Shown here: positions 25,441-36,824 of the stretch, piece by piece
Layout of the letters: every line of letters begins with the position of its first letter
Position numbering within the stretch: position 1 is the first letter of the stretch
DNA from: Tubiluchus corallicola
Lineage: Eukaryota; Animalia; Priapulida
Length of the DNA: 49,664 bases
Assembly (NCBI GenBank): GCA_030141605.1
Contig: JAQGDQ010001287.1
Coordinates: 1-49,664 of the forward strand
Direction: 5' to 3'
Translations under genes and position numbers: made by a program
Notes under the pieces: generated by a model
Told to the model about the DNA's origin: nothing
Seen by the model: the letters and a program-made list of their open reading frames with translations, nothing else
Database searches by the model: none

Positions 25441-25765
25441 TACTTAGCAAAGCAGGGCATCGAACTCATGCCGTCCAAAGTAAACCTGTGTTACAGAACA
25501 GTGGCACGTACCAACTGGGCAGTGATAATTAACTCAACGCAGACTTGTACTCGGCAAAGCAAGGCATCGAACTCGTGCCGTCAAAGCAAACCTATGTTAC
25601 AGAACAGTGGCAGACGTACCCAACTGGGCAGTGATAATTAACTCAACGCAGACTTGTACTCAGCAAAGCAAGGCATCGAACTCATTCCGTCAAAGCAAAC
25701 CTATGTTACAGAACAGTGGCAGACGTACCCAACTCGGCGGTGATAATTAACTCAATGCAGACTTA
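25441..25765 (-). repeat. ~108-bp tandem repeat (three units) with tRNA-like A/B boxes
   Basis: Units start at 25441, 25548 and 25657; the minus strand has gcc(c/g)agttgg and gagttcgatgcc. Confidence 0.85.
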
Positions 25766-25857
25766 TTATATATGAAGGTCTTAGCCATTATACACTGGAT
25801 ATAAATACGAAATAATTGATATTGATATTGACTGAATGTGGAATAAATAGGGCGCGT

Positions 25858-26415
25858 TTAAAGGAAAACCGGGCGATTGTGTAAACATGAGTTCAGAATA
25901 AAGAATGCTCTAAACTATTGAAAACTACAATAGCTTTTTTTAAATCAAAGTTTAGATTAAATAATAATTACTTCGGATATTCAAATTTCGTTAAACTTTC
26001 AAAGCTACGCGCGGCTCAGTGAATCTACTAAAATTGGCAACAGCGCCTTTTTGTCACCTTCGCGTGGCCGACAAATAGAAGGCGGTACCGTGATAACCAT
26101 GATCATGAACTGCAGTGTTAGTTTCTGACGTCATATGACGCAAAGCCCATTTTTCGTGACATCACGCGTTTAAGCAGCAACACTTACGCAAACGTGTTTG
26201 GCGCGCAAGGGAAGATGCCTGCTATTGCACAAACTGCGGTTAGTTTCTGACGTAAGCAATAGCTGTGTTCGGTTGCCGTTAATTAACTTTCTAAGAAAAT
26301 TATTCAAATATAAGAAACAATTGCTAACTTTTATAGGCAAGAAACTGTATACTTTGGACAGTAAATTAAAATGAAATTGAGTCTGAGTCTAAACAATCGT
26401 CCGGTCTTCCTTTAA
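25858..26415. mobile_element. TTAA-flanked (Kolobok-like) MITE family B
   Basis: ttaa|aggaaaaccgggcgattgt ... acaatcgtccggtcttcct|ttaa: TIRs with TTAA TSD. Confidence 0.8.
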
Positions 26416-26812
26416 GATTAGATTTCCAGATTTGAAAATCAAAAATTACAAATACACGAAACAGCCAGCTTCTAGGAATCAACATTTTTATTTAGCGACG
26501 ATCGTTTCGGCTACTGAAGCCATTGTCGCCAAAAAGAAGACTAAATAATATATTAATGACACAAAGGCACAAACTGAAAATACAAAACAACAGATTAGAA
26601 TTTAACTTAGTTGTAACGGAAGAAATAGCAGAGAAATGAACAATGGCTTCAATAGCCGAAACGATCGTCGCTAAAAAAATTACAAAATTATTTCATATGG
26701 AAAGCGCTACTCCGAAATGTCTAGCAGTGAAATAAGATCTTTTTTTCGACAGTAAAGGCACTAAAATGTCGCCAGGTTATCTAATATCGATGGCACACTT
26801 TACTAACAATCT

Positions 26813-27057
26813 TTAGAGCTGAGATGCCTAGAAAAGGTGTCGCCATCTACGAAAGCAGGTACTGAACTAACGTAAGATAGCGTAACTTTAAACATGCTTA
26901 GGAAAGCGAACCTTTATGCGTGATATTCGTCACATTAGAGCTGAGATGCCTAGAAAAGGTGGCGCCATCTACGAAAGCAGTTACTGAACTAACGTAAGAT
27001 AGCGTAACTTTAAACATGCTTAGGAAAACGAACCTTTATACGTGATATTCGTCACAT
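26813..27057. repeat. 122-bp tandem duplication overlapping a CARP splice donor
   Basis: Units start at 26813 and 26935 with few mismatches. Confidence 0.93.
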
Positions 27058-27100
27058 GTTGTGCGAGGAGCTCAAATTCCTCGCTACGACTTTTCCCGAC
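27034..27100 (-). CDS. CA10: CA10/CA11-like exon
   Basis: 67 nt (3n+1), ttcttacag acceptor, gttcgt donor. Encodes VGKSRSEEFELLAQHVTNITYK(G). Phase fits both neighbours and the ITYK end matches CA10. Confidence 0.85.
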
Positions 27101-27839
27101 CTGTAAGAACAAACAAGCGTGTATCGATTATAGATTATGTCCTCAAGCATTTGTTTTAAATCCTGTTTGCTTAGAATATTTACAAAATGCGGCGCACTGA
27201 TTGTTAATCTGTTTGTCCGTTCGTTTGTCGTAAAGCGCTTTGTTTTTTCTTCTTCTGGTGATTGTACAATGCAGTTTCGGTTTAATCACATTTGTGGGCA
27301 AGGAAATAGGTGGGAATCTGTTACTGAAATAAACTTTGCCCACAAGTATTAAGCCTGTTAGCTTTTTCAATCAAATAAAAAAACAATCATTAACAAGTCA
27401 CGAGGAATTATATTATAACATCTATACTAACAGGTACAATCACTGAATCAAATAACATAATTATCAATACTAAAACAGCACTATACTAAAACAAAACGGA
27501 ACATAGCCTGGCTAGCCCACAGGTCTAAATGTTCAAGGCAGACCTGTTATACACAGCTCAAATACAGAAAACTAGAACACTATTAATGTAAAAGGTCATT
27601 TAGAAGCAAATACGTACAGTAAGATTAGGGGGAAATATAAACTATTTCAATGCTGTAACAAGCCTAAACAAGGAGGCAAAGAGATGAAAAAACTATGAAA
27701 GAGAGATGAGCAAGAAGACACAATGTAATACTTAAAAGTCAAGTTAATCAACGCGAAGTAATTAAGACGAACTTCGCGACAACATTATATATATATATAA
27801 AACTTTATTTCAACTTTTATTACAGGCACTTAAACCCTA

Positions 27840-28320
27840 TATAGATAAAAATAACACACGACTTTATTAAAACGTTTACATTAAAGTTAACTGTAATTAT
27901 TAATTACATTTACTTATTAATAAAAGAAAGTTTCTCGATGTACCCCAGTAAGCCTTCTCTTAATGTACAAAGCAGTTCAATTCCTTTAACTTTATTCTCA
28001 AACACTTAGCTATTTGTTACTGTATCAATTTCTTTACAGGTCTGCTTATTCATTACCTATTTGGCTTTTGTAATTACATAGCACATTAGTGCATAAATTA
28101 CCGTATCAATTTCTTTACTGGCCTGCTTATTCATTGCCTATTTGGCTTCTGTTAACTATTTAATTAGTGCATAATAGGCTCTACCTATATAAAGTGGTTG
28201 TATGTTGGTAAATTTACCTCTGATGATGACAGCAGCAGGTAGTCGAAACGTTTGGCATGATTTTAACTTTTTAATGTAAAAGTTCCAATGAAGCTGTGCT
28301 GTTTTTAACTATATAACTTT
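27840..28320 (+). mobile_element. Penelope-like element remnant with a minimal hammerhead motif and inverted tail copy
   Basis: CTGATGA-t-gac...gtc-GAAAC at 28220-28249. 27840-27892 is an imperfect reverse complement of 28260-28315. Confidence 0.55.
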
Positions 28321-29619
28321 ATTTATTTTAAACGGATTGTCAAATAGTAATAATAATGATCGGAGATTTTTCACTGTGCAACAAATATATTTTAGTTAAG
28401 AACAGATATATACAACTGGTTATCAAGAATATAGTTACATAGATAGTTAGTTCAAAAACACGAGTAATTCATTATTTAACACTTAAAATTGAAATATACA
28501 AAGCTCACCGAGTACAGAAGCGATACCAGAAACAATTATCAATGTACATCATCCTATTAGTTATACAAAAGTATGATTGATCAATAACTGGTATTTAATT
28601 CAAAAGACTAAAATTCAAAATAATCCAGGTTGCAGTTCATTTTACAATTATACGTACAATCAATTAGCAAAACATTTAGTAGACGTTATGTAGTTCGGCA
28701 ACAATTTGAAGAGAATGGCACTGAATGGATGACCTGATTTGAGTTCATGAAAAATGCCGTTGTAAATAATAGCAGGTCTAGAGTTCTTTACGTGTAATTC
28801 TTGAGTTATGTGTTGATAATAACAGAGCTGGTCCAATAATAGTGTTCTGTGTACGTCATAGTTTGAACACTCAAAAAATAATGGCGGGGGGGGACTCTCA
28901 GTCGAATTGTTAGTGAAGAGTCATCGATAATAATCGTGGAAAACAAATCACGTTTTAATTGTGTAAAATTGGCGATGAATCTATTTGTTGAAACCTGATT
29001 AATTCGATCATCATTGTAATTGGGGCATACTGATTTAGTACGAAGTCCTCATAGGTTCAATTAATCTACTTTTAATGGCAAGTGTTGAAAGTCATCATTA
29101 TCCGAATCTTTGGCATCATCACCATCATCATCATCATCATCACCACCATCATACTGATTTCCCCATTGAACTCCCCATTGGTTCAACAATCTACTTTTAA
29201 GGCAAATGAAGAAAGGAAAGTCTGTCTGTTTTCAATTCGTAAATTATTCAATAGGCGAATGCCTTTTTTGAAAAAATATCACAGTCACATTAAATTAAGG
29301 TCGCAAAGGTTGCAAGACTGAATCGTATTAGATTATTTATGGTGACAAGCTCTGCTTCCTTAGGGAAAAGAAATTGTCTACATGTTGTCGAATTTATATG
29401 TAAATGGTATCTATATATAGCGCCTAATAACGTTCGATTTTGGCTGGAGTGTGGCAAAAACCATGAAACACAAAATTTGTTCCTGTTGTTCTTGCTGCTG
29501 TTTCGACAGTTTTCGTTCTCATAAACATGTAAAGAATTATTAAAGAAAACTGAAAGGTTTTTATACTGCTCATCCAACGTTTTATGCAGGATTGTCTCAC
29601 CAAAAACAATAAAAAATAG

Positions 29620-29995
29620 CTATATAGTCTCACCCAGAAACAACAAAAATAACTATAGTCTCACCCAAAACAATAAACGTAGCTAAAATCTTACTCAAAA
29701 ACAATAAAAATAGCTATAGCCTCACTAAAAAACAATAAAAATAGCCATAGTCTCATCCAAAAACAATAAAAATAGCTATAGTCTCACTCAAAAACAATGA
29801 AAATAGCTATAGTCTCTCCCCAAAAAGGAATAAAAATGGCTATAATCTCACCCAAAAACAATAAAAATAGCTAGGGTCTTACCCCAAAATAATAAAAATA
29901 GCTATAGTCTCACCCATGAACAATAAAAGTAGCTATAGTCTCACCCAGAAACAATAAAAGTAGCTATAGTCTCACCCATAAACAGTAAAAATAGC
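29620..29995. repeat. ~31-bp minisatellite
   Basis: Unit aaaacaataaaaatagctatagtctcaccca, about twelve copies. Confidence 0.93.
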
Positions 29996-30615
29996 ATTTT
30001 TGTGTTATTCGTTGGTATAGTTTGTCGTAATTAACATGAATATAAAATCACAATATCTGGTATACTTATAAATAACATTTTGTACCATAATTTATGACAA
30101 ATAAACGACATTTTTGTTTCAAATTCTGTACTGGAAAGTTACCCAAGCTTACAGACTATGGCTTAGCCAAACGTCGTGCTAAAATTTGACACAAAAATGG
30201 ACAATCAATATAGATTTTCAGGAAAACTGCCAGGCGAAATTACGGCAGTGTAAAGTGCTGAGCGAAGAAAAGATTCTTTTCAAGGCTTGGCTTATATTAA
30301 ACAATCTTCTGCCCATCTTCTTTGGAAAGCACAGTGAATGACTCAGCCGATAATTACCCCTAGTCATCTGTTACGGAGAGTTCTTAAAGTCAAGAATGAA
30401 AAGACGTCCATGCTAAACCGTTTGCAAGCAAAATCCTCCATATCTCGATAGGCGCTTTAAAACTTTTATTAGTTTCTGGCGTAAAAGACACCGTGTTGTC
30501 CTGAAAATGCTCTGGCACAATTCAGGATAATTCCCACTGAAGGGAATTAATGAGAACGGAAACGGAGATAAGTGTGTGTTTTCATACAAATAAAACTTCC
30601 TGTGGTATTATACTC

Positions 30616-31460
30616 TTAAAGGAAAGAACAAGTCACTCAGTATGTTGGGTTCGTTTTACTGTTATCACTTAAACTGTTTGTGGTGTGCTAAAGGAAAGAA
30701 CAAGTCACACAGTATGTTGGGATCGTTTTACTGTTATCACAAACTATTTGTGGTGTGCTAAAGGAGAGAACAAGTCACTCAGCATGTTGGGTTCGTTTTA
30801 CTGTTATCACTTAAACTGTTTGTGGTGTGCTAAAGGAAAGAACAAGTCAGTCAGTATGTTTACTTTGCTGTTATCACTTAAACTGTTTGTGATGTGCTAA
30901 AGGAAAGAACAAGTCACTCAGTATGTTGGGTTTATTTTACTGTTATCACATAAACTTAGAAAAATGTAACAAAGAAATTTGCGAAGAACTGCCTATAAAG
31001 CTAAAAAATTGAAATAAATTACCTCTGAATGAAAATTTTCAGGCGTGATGGTTGCCGCCATTCACTTGAAAATCATGACGTAAACTGGGAAACATCGTGA
31101 CTTTTCGTAAGCGCGTCGTGGCTTTTCGTGAGCGCGCGCTGCTTAAACTAATTCAAAATTCTACAGCTTACTTAATGTTCACGCAAATATATTAAAAATT
31201 AGTTACCTATTTTTTGTAAAACCTATTATATTTTTGATGAGGATTGACAGTGCGCTACTTTTCTTCAAGACGAATTACGTCATTGGAAGAAGAATGGGTA
31301 TTGAAAATGGAAGCGCCCGAGCATGAAGTGATCGCGACTTTCAAGTTATTTTACTAATTACACGAAGCGCTTATTGCAGTTTTATTACTAAATCCTTCTA
31401 GCATTTTTCGCAAACGTTGAAATGAGCCTGACCTCCTACGAGGCTTGACGTTTCCTTTAA
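30616..31460. mobile_element. TTAA-flanked element family D with its left end tandemly repeated about five times
   Basis: ttaa|aggaaagaacaag ... cttgacgtttcct|ttaa; ~70-bp tandem units at 30616-30955. Confidence 0.7.
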
Positions 31461-31556
31461 CGTAAAAGGGTGTAGCAACAAAGAGTCAGATCTATCATTT
31501 AACGCGGCATTTTCTACTTAGGAAAAAATTCAATTGTAAGTTTCCGTTTCTCATAC

Positions 31557-31652
31557 CTGTAGAAATATAGAGATAGCTACTAATCCCTGAGGAAGAAGCA
31601 TTGCTTGAGACATATTTGCATAGAGGTCCGAATTGTAACCAAATATTTGAAT
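31557..31652 (-). CDS. CA10: CA10/CA11-like exon
   Basis: 96 nt, cag acceptor, gtatga donor. Encodes IQIFGYNSDLYANMSQAMLLPQGLVAISIFLQ. Confidence 0.9.
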
Positions 31653-31852
31653 CTGTAAAAAAAAGGTTTCGTATACTGTCAGCCTTTTCTTCCAAAGATA
31701 TAATAGTTTGCTCGGAAGTAGTGCTGACAAGCCACTGGCTTAGCAGCGTCTAGCTAAATTCTGGATCAGTGCTGTGCTTATCTATCTGGGGGTACATTTC
31801 TTTTATTTTAAAATTCTGCCTGCACCCTGTCTATAACAGACGTAATGGGCAT

Positions 31853-32160
31853 ATGATGATGACGATAATGATAATGGCGATGATGGTGACAACGACGACG
31901 ACGATGATGATGACGATGACGGTGATGATGATGATGATAATAATGATGATGATGATGACGACGGCGATGACAGTGATGATTACGATGATGATGACGATAA
32001 TGATAATGGCGATGATGGTGACAACGACGACGACGATGATGATGACGATGACGGTAATGATGATGATGACGGCGACGATGACGATGATGATGACGACGAC
32101 GATGAGGACGACGACGATGACGACGGCGACGATGACGACGGTGATGATGATGATGATGAT
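31853..32160. repeat. (GAT/GAC)n trinucleotide tract
   Basis: Direct inspection; explains ORFs 31769-32260 and 31831-32166. Confidence 0.95.
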
Positions 32161-32527
32161 ATTCAAGCGCTATGCAATGCTTTTAGCTTTGATTACGCTC
32201 AACGCCAACAGTTACACGTTTTTTTTAGATTTTAATCTGTTTTGCTATAAGAAAATGTAGGCCTACTATACAATAGAATAGCAGTACCAAATTAAATTTA
32301 TGCTCTCAATGCAAGATTTATATTTGCTTATTCTGTTATAAAAATTGTGTTTTAAAAAAGACTAATGTTAGCATAAAGTTATTAATGAGTTTCTCTTACA
32401 ATACGTTAAGCATTAAGACGAATAAAATGTGTCATTGTAACTTTTTAAGTTGGTTAATCGGTTCTGCAGACTGATTTATGACTGATCCAAAATTCATTGT
32501 TTCAACAAGTGTGACATCACATGTCCC

Positions 32528-32913
32528 AATAAACCTTTTGACAGTTCCGGCGATTGATGATGATCGTGAAAAGGTCAAAGGTTAACTGTACTAGACAACG
32601 CATTTGTGTACACTTGACAACATCTAGCAGCACAAGCTATTGTAATAGCAACAGTTTTAACAGCTAGCTAGAATCTTACCTATTTTATTTTTTCTTGTTA
32701 CCAAACAAGATCCTGCTGGTAAATCACTCTACGCACAGACTAATGCACAATTAAGTAAAGTACACGCAAAACAACTGAGGTTACTGAACTGACGCGGCAC
32801 ATGACTTTGTTTTACCCACACGTAACGTAACGGTTGCAGTTAAGACGCATTACTGTAGTACACTTAACCGTTGACCTGCAGCAACTGCGCATGCGCACAA
32901 CGAAACTGTGACA
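32528..32913 (+). mobile_element. MITE family A
   Basis: Same core and termini; ends about 40 bp from a CARP splice donor. Confidence 0.8.
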
Positions 32914-32950
32914 AACTTGAGCATGACATAATTGTAGTCAAAAGACTCAC

Positions 32951-33148
32951 CTCGCCAGGAAACGCTATGTGATTTACAGTATGCTCGGAACCTTTACTGT
33001 CGTCCATGCCAAAATGAACGTACATTTCTTGAAATCTGTATTTATAAGAAAGTGGACCTCCTGTGATGTTAACGTGATGTTTGGGTTGTGTAGAATTGTT
33101 TAACATAAACACCAGATTGTGTCCATTGTTTACCAGAAAACCATGTAC
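32951..33148 (-). CDS. CA10: CA10/CA11-like exon
   Basis: 198 nt, tag acceptor, gtgagt donor. Encodes VHGFLVNNGHNLVF...VNITGGPLSYKYRFQEMYVHFGMDDSKGSEHTVNHIAFPGE (GSEH motif). Confidence 0.93.
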
Positions 33149-33241
33149 CTAAAATATAATAGTAAAATATTATATTTGGTGTACTCGAAGCAAATTACAA
33201 ACTCTGAATTTTAATCATGCAGTGAGCTGTATTAAATATTA

Positions 33242-33645
33242 TGTTGTTGTTGGCATCCTTCCGTCTCGGAAGACACTGGAGTGTGCGCCAAGAGAGTCAG
33301 TAATTGATCACATTGATGAAGCTGCAGCGTCGACGGTGGCTGAGCAATCCGATCCTTGAACCACTGGAGTGGCCTCTCCAGGGCACACGCCTGGGCAAGG
33401 TGTATGAAGATCCTGAATTGCCCAGACAACAGGAACCCCTCTCTTCTTCCCTGGTGTAGTCCAAAGGAAAGCGGAGCGATACGTTTGGCACCAGGTTGGC
33501 TGCAGGAGCTGCCGGAGTCAGTGAGTATGCTGCACTGATTTGCCTTCAGGGCTCCACACCTGATTTGGAAGGTTTACTCCTCTACACATGGCCGTTGGGT
33601 CACTTGACGTCCTCCGCCCTCTAGCCGTTGGGTGCTTGTGCAGCT
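33242..33645 (-). mobile_element. Internally deleted (non-autonomous) RTE retroelement
   Basis: The minus strand joins an RTE-like 5'UTR (ggagtaaacc...ccctggagaggccactccagtg) to the ORF C-terminus SRIGLLSHRRRC, then ...gtcttccgagacggaaggatgcc and an (AAC)n tail. GC-rich relative to the background. Confidence 0.7.
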
Positions 33646-34068
33646 CGAGTTCTCAGTCAGTCGAGTTCTCTTTAGCATGTTAGTAAGATGCGACAAAGAT
33701 GTAAGTTTGATTTCTTCATATTTCATAAAATTATTATACATTTTCATTATAGCAGTTAATTATCTTTTTGACATTGGATTAGTAGAAAATATTTTTATTT
33801 GCTTCAGATGTAACGAAGTCGTGTCGCACATATGTCAGTCAGTCAGTCAAGTATGTCATGATGTGATAGTTATTTTGGAATGAGACGATGATTGCCCATT
33901 TTGGACAATAAAAAAAAACATAAATTACATTTAGAAGACTGATGGGTTTGTATTTAGCGCATGTCGTGCACAAAAGTTGCAGAAACATTTCAACTAGTTA
34001 AAACGTATCTACTAAGTAAATTACAGCAGCAGTTTGTGAGCAGTCTGAAGTGTTCAAATCTTATAAAC

Positions 34069-34674
34069 TTAAAGGAAGACGGGATGATTTTTCATCTACT
34101 ATCCCATTTTCAAGTCCGATTAAAAGTATACATTTTAACACAATTAATGCTGCAAAAGCGTTTCTGATAATTAAATAATAGATTAATATCTTAATTGACG
34201 GCGGGCGAGCCCAAATATTGATGACATCACAAACTAACATAATTTTCAACAGCAAAATATTCCACGAACGTGTTGCACGTGTTTGCGAAAGGGAAAATTG
34301 AAGTACAGTGCTACTGTAAGAGAATCTGTGTGTTGTACTAAAACTAGTCAAGTTTTAACATAAAAATTGAAATTTCAAATTTACCACTGTGCTCACGCAT
34401 GAGCTGTCGAGCATGTGCAGTACGTCACAGACGAACACCTCTGCACTGAGAGGTACAGCACTTGTTTTTTGTGCAACGCATTTTCGAAACGTCTAACTGA
34501 CAAATGGCAAAATATAAGAGTGAGAAACTAGTGGCGCGAACGTGAAATTGTGTTTGTGTGGTAACAATTCTTTCACATAAGTCATTTTTGAAAAACTAGT
34601 ATGTTTCCTTTCAATATTTTAAAGAGTCGATTGTTTTCACCTGAAGTTTGATTTTGGATCCGGTTTTGCTTTAA
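34069..34674 (+). mobile_element. TTAA-flanked element family C
   Basis: Colinear with 18925-19551, including both ends. Confidence 0.8.
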
Positions 34675-34851
34675 GTCATTTCTACAAAATCAGTTATTTT
34701 AGGTTTCGACAGAATGTACAAAAAACGGAAATCAAAAATTCTGCAAGCATTGCAAAGCTTTAAAGAAAATATGACTAGCCTTTAAGATGAAAACATGCAT
34801 TGACACAGCAAGTACTCAATCCATTTTATTTCTTAGGAAACTCTGTTGAGA

Positions 34852-36232
34852 ACAAGTATAAATCCTGGCATCTGATCAAGAACTGGTAATTTATTTTGGT
34901 TCCTAGATCTCGCGTATTTCGTGTTTAGCTCAGAAAAGGTGGGAGAGTCGATGTATCAAACTAAATGTTTTATCTAAAGTTTGTTCTCAAAAGGTTTATT
35001 GTCAGTATTTGATGTCCATTGTCGTGTCATCTGTATATATTTATAAATGAAAGCAATAAACAAATGAGTTAAAACATCGTGATGTAGTTATTTACATTAT
35101 CACTTCGTATATAACCACAAAACATAACAACAATAACTTCACTACATGACATGTAAATAAAACAAAAGAGAGTTAGTTAACGTCACGAAATTAACAATTC
35201 AAAATATCATCATGGGATTCTTTACTCCCGACACACTTGGTGTCTTTATTACATGAGGAAAACCGGCTCGTATAAGTGAGGAAACCTAACTTCCCTTTAA
35301 CTGCAGTTAGTACACATTAAGTTTAGAGATAGCTTTGCCTCTTAACGTGGGTAAAAACTTTAATTCCCTTTAACTACAGTTAGTACATATTAAGTTTAGA
35401 GATAGCTTTGCCTCTAAACGTGGGGAAAACTTTACTTCCCTTTAACTACAGTTTGTACATGTTAAGTTTAGAGATAGCGTTACCTCTAAACGTGGAGAAA
35501 ACTTTACTTCCCTTTAACTACAGCTAGTACATATTAAGTTTAGAGGTAGCTTTGCCTCTAAACGTGGGGAAAACTTTACTTCCTTTTAACTACAGTTAGT
35601 ACATATTAAGTTTAGAGATAGCTTTGCCTCTAAACGTGGGGAAAAACTATCTTCCCTTTAACTACAGTTTGTACATGTTAAGTTTAGAGATAGATTTACC
35701 TCTAAACGTGGGCAAAACTTTACTTTCTTTTAACTACAGTTAGTACATATTAGCCTGGGGGGGGGGGGAGTAAACCCCTACCGGGCGCATCCCCCGGGTG
35801 GCGGATGGAGGGCCCCTGGCTCACGAGCCAGGGTGCTCCGAATATTCAAATAAGGAGCTGTGGACCAAATCCTTCAGGATAGACCTAGCAAGTCACTGAA
35901 GTACTTTTTGCTCAAGTAACTCATGGCGAACACAACTGAAACAACGCGTTATCAAGTGTTCGCCGGCTGACAGATGAAAATCTACCAGGAGGATGGCGAG
36001 AAAGGTGAGAAATAGCTTTGCCTCTAAACGTGGGAAAAGACCTGCTCCGTCAACTTTCACGGCCGTCAGGTTTTTCCCGACGAAACGAGTTATTTCCTGT
36101 TTTCTTACATACATGATACTTGCACAATAAAACTACAGAAGTAATTATGTACTTTTTCTTTAAGTACTTCAATCCAGTTATTTATACAGAGCAAATAGTA
36201 GTTTGCTTACTTCGGAAATGCGTTTTCGAAAA
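34852..36232. mobile_element. Helentron/HINE-like non-autonomous element, copy 2
   Basis: Subterminal inverted motif gtataaat...atttatac, about seven 72-bp tandem units (35290-35752) and a 3' hairpin near 36211-36230. The repeat status is clear; the HINE class is inferred from structure. Confidence 0.6.
35753..36007 (+). mobile_element. GC-rich structured insertion resembling an RTE-clade 5'UTR
   Basis: Absent from copy 1 of the host element. Contains ggagtaaaccc and gcgcatcccccgggtggcggatggagg...gaatattcaaataaggagctgtggac, recalled as RTE 5'UTR motifs, plus perfect hairpins. Confidence 0.55.
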
Positions 36233-36328
36233 ACTCATACATTTCCATTTTCAGCTAGATAATGAACGTACAGAGGTTGTAATAACTTAAGTTTTAGGAA
36301 TTCTGATAAGACTATACTTGGTACTTAC

Positions 36329-36468
36329 CCGATGCTTATCTACGTGCAGTGGAATAAGCTGGGAATCATAAAGAAGTTGGCTTGTATTAATGTCAATAGG
36401 CGATTGCCTTTGACCTTTACTGCACATTTCCCACTCAGGATTGCCCATTAATCCCCAGTAACCAGGAC
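36329..36468 (-). CDS. CA10: Carbonic anhydrase-related protein (CA10/CA11-like) exon
   Basis: cag acceptor, gtaagt donor. Encodes GPGYWGLMGNPEWEMCSKGQRQSPIDINTSQLLYDSQLIPLHVDKHR (alpha-CA GP..WG...C..G.RQSPI motif). Confidence 0.92.
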
Positions 36469-36824
36469 CTGTCGAAATAAAATAACCTGTTGGCAAGATT
36501 AAGCAATTAAACTCAAATGACACCACAAACATCACAAACAAACAACAAAAAACACAAACAACTGCAAATCATATAATCTACAACGGTACACACGTACAAA
36601 ATTATCACCAAGGAAAAGGTTCCTCAAGTGAGTCAACTGCAAAGTATAGTACTTAATATTTTTTATACAATTTTCACACTGCAAGCTTAAAGCACAAGAA
36701 AACTTTCCACTTACACTAAGCTCAAAAATTCGTCTTGAAATTTTATAGCGGTTATTACCTTTTCGCATGCAGGGCTTGCGTAGGCAGTAACACTGTATAA
36801 AACTAGTTATTTTTCTGATGACGG

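Noticed and set aside
31769-32260. Met/Thr-rich and Ile/Val-rich ORFs
   Set aside because: Translations of a (GAT/GAC)n microsatellite inside a CARP intron.
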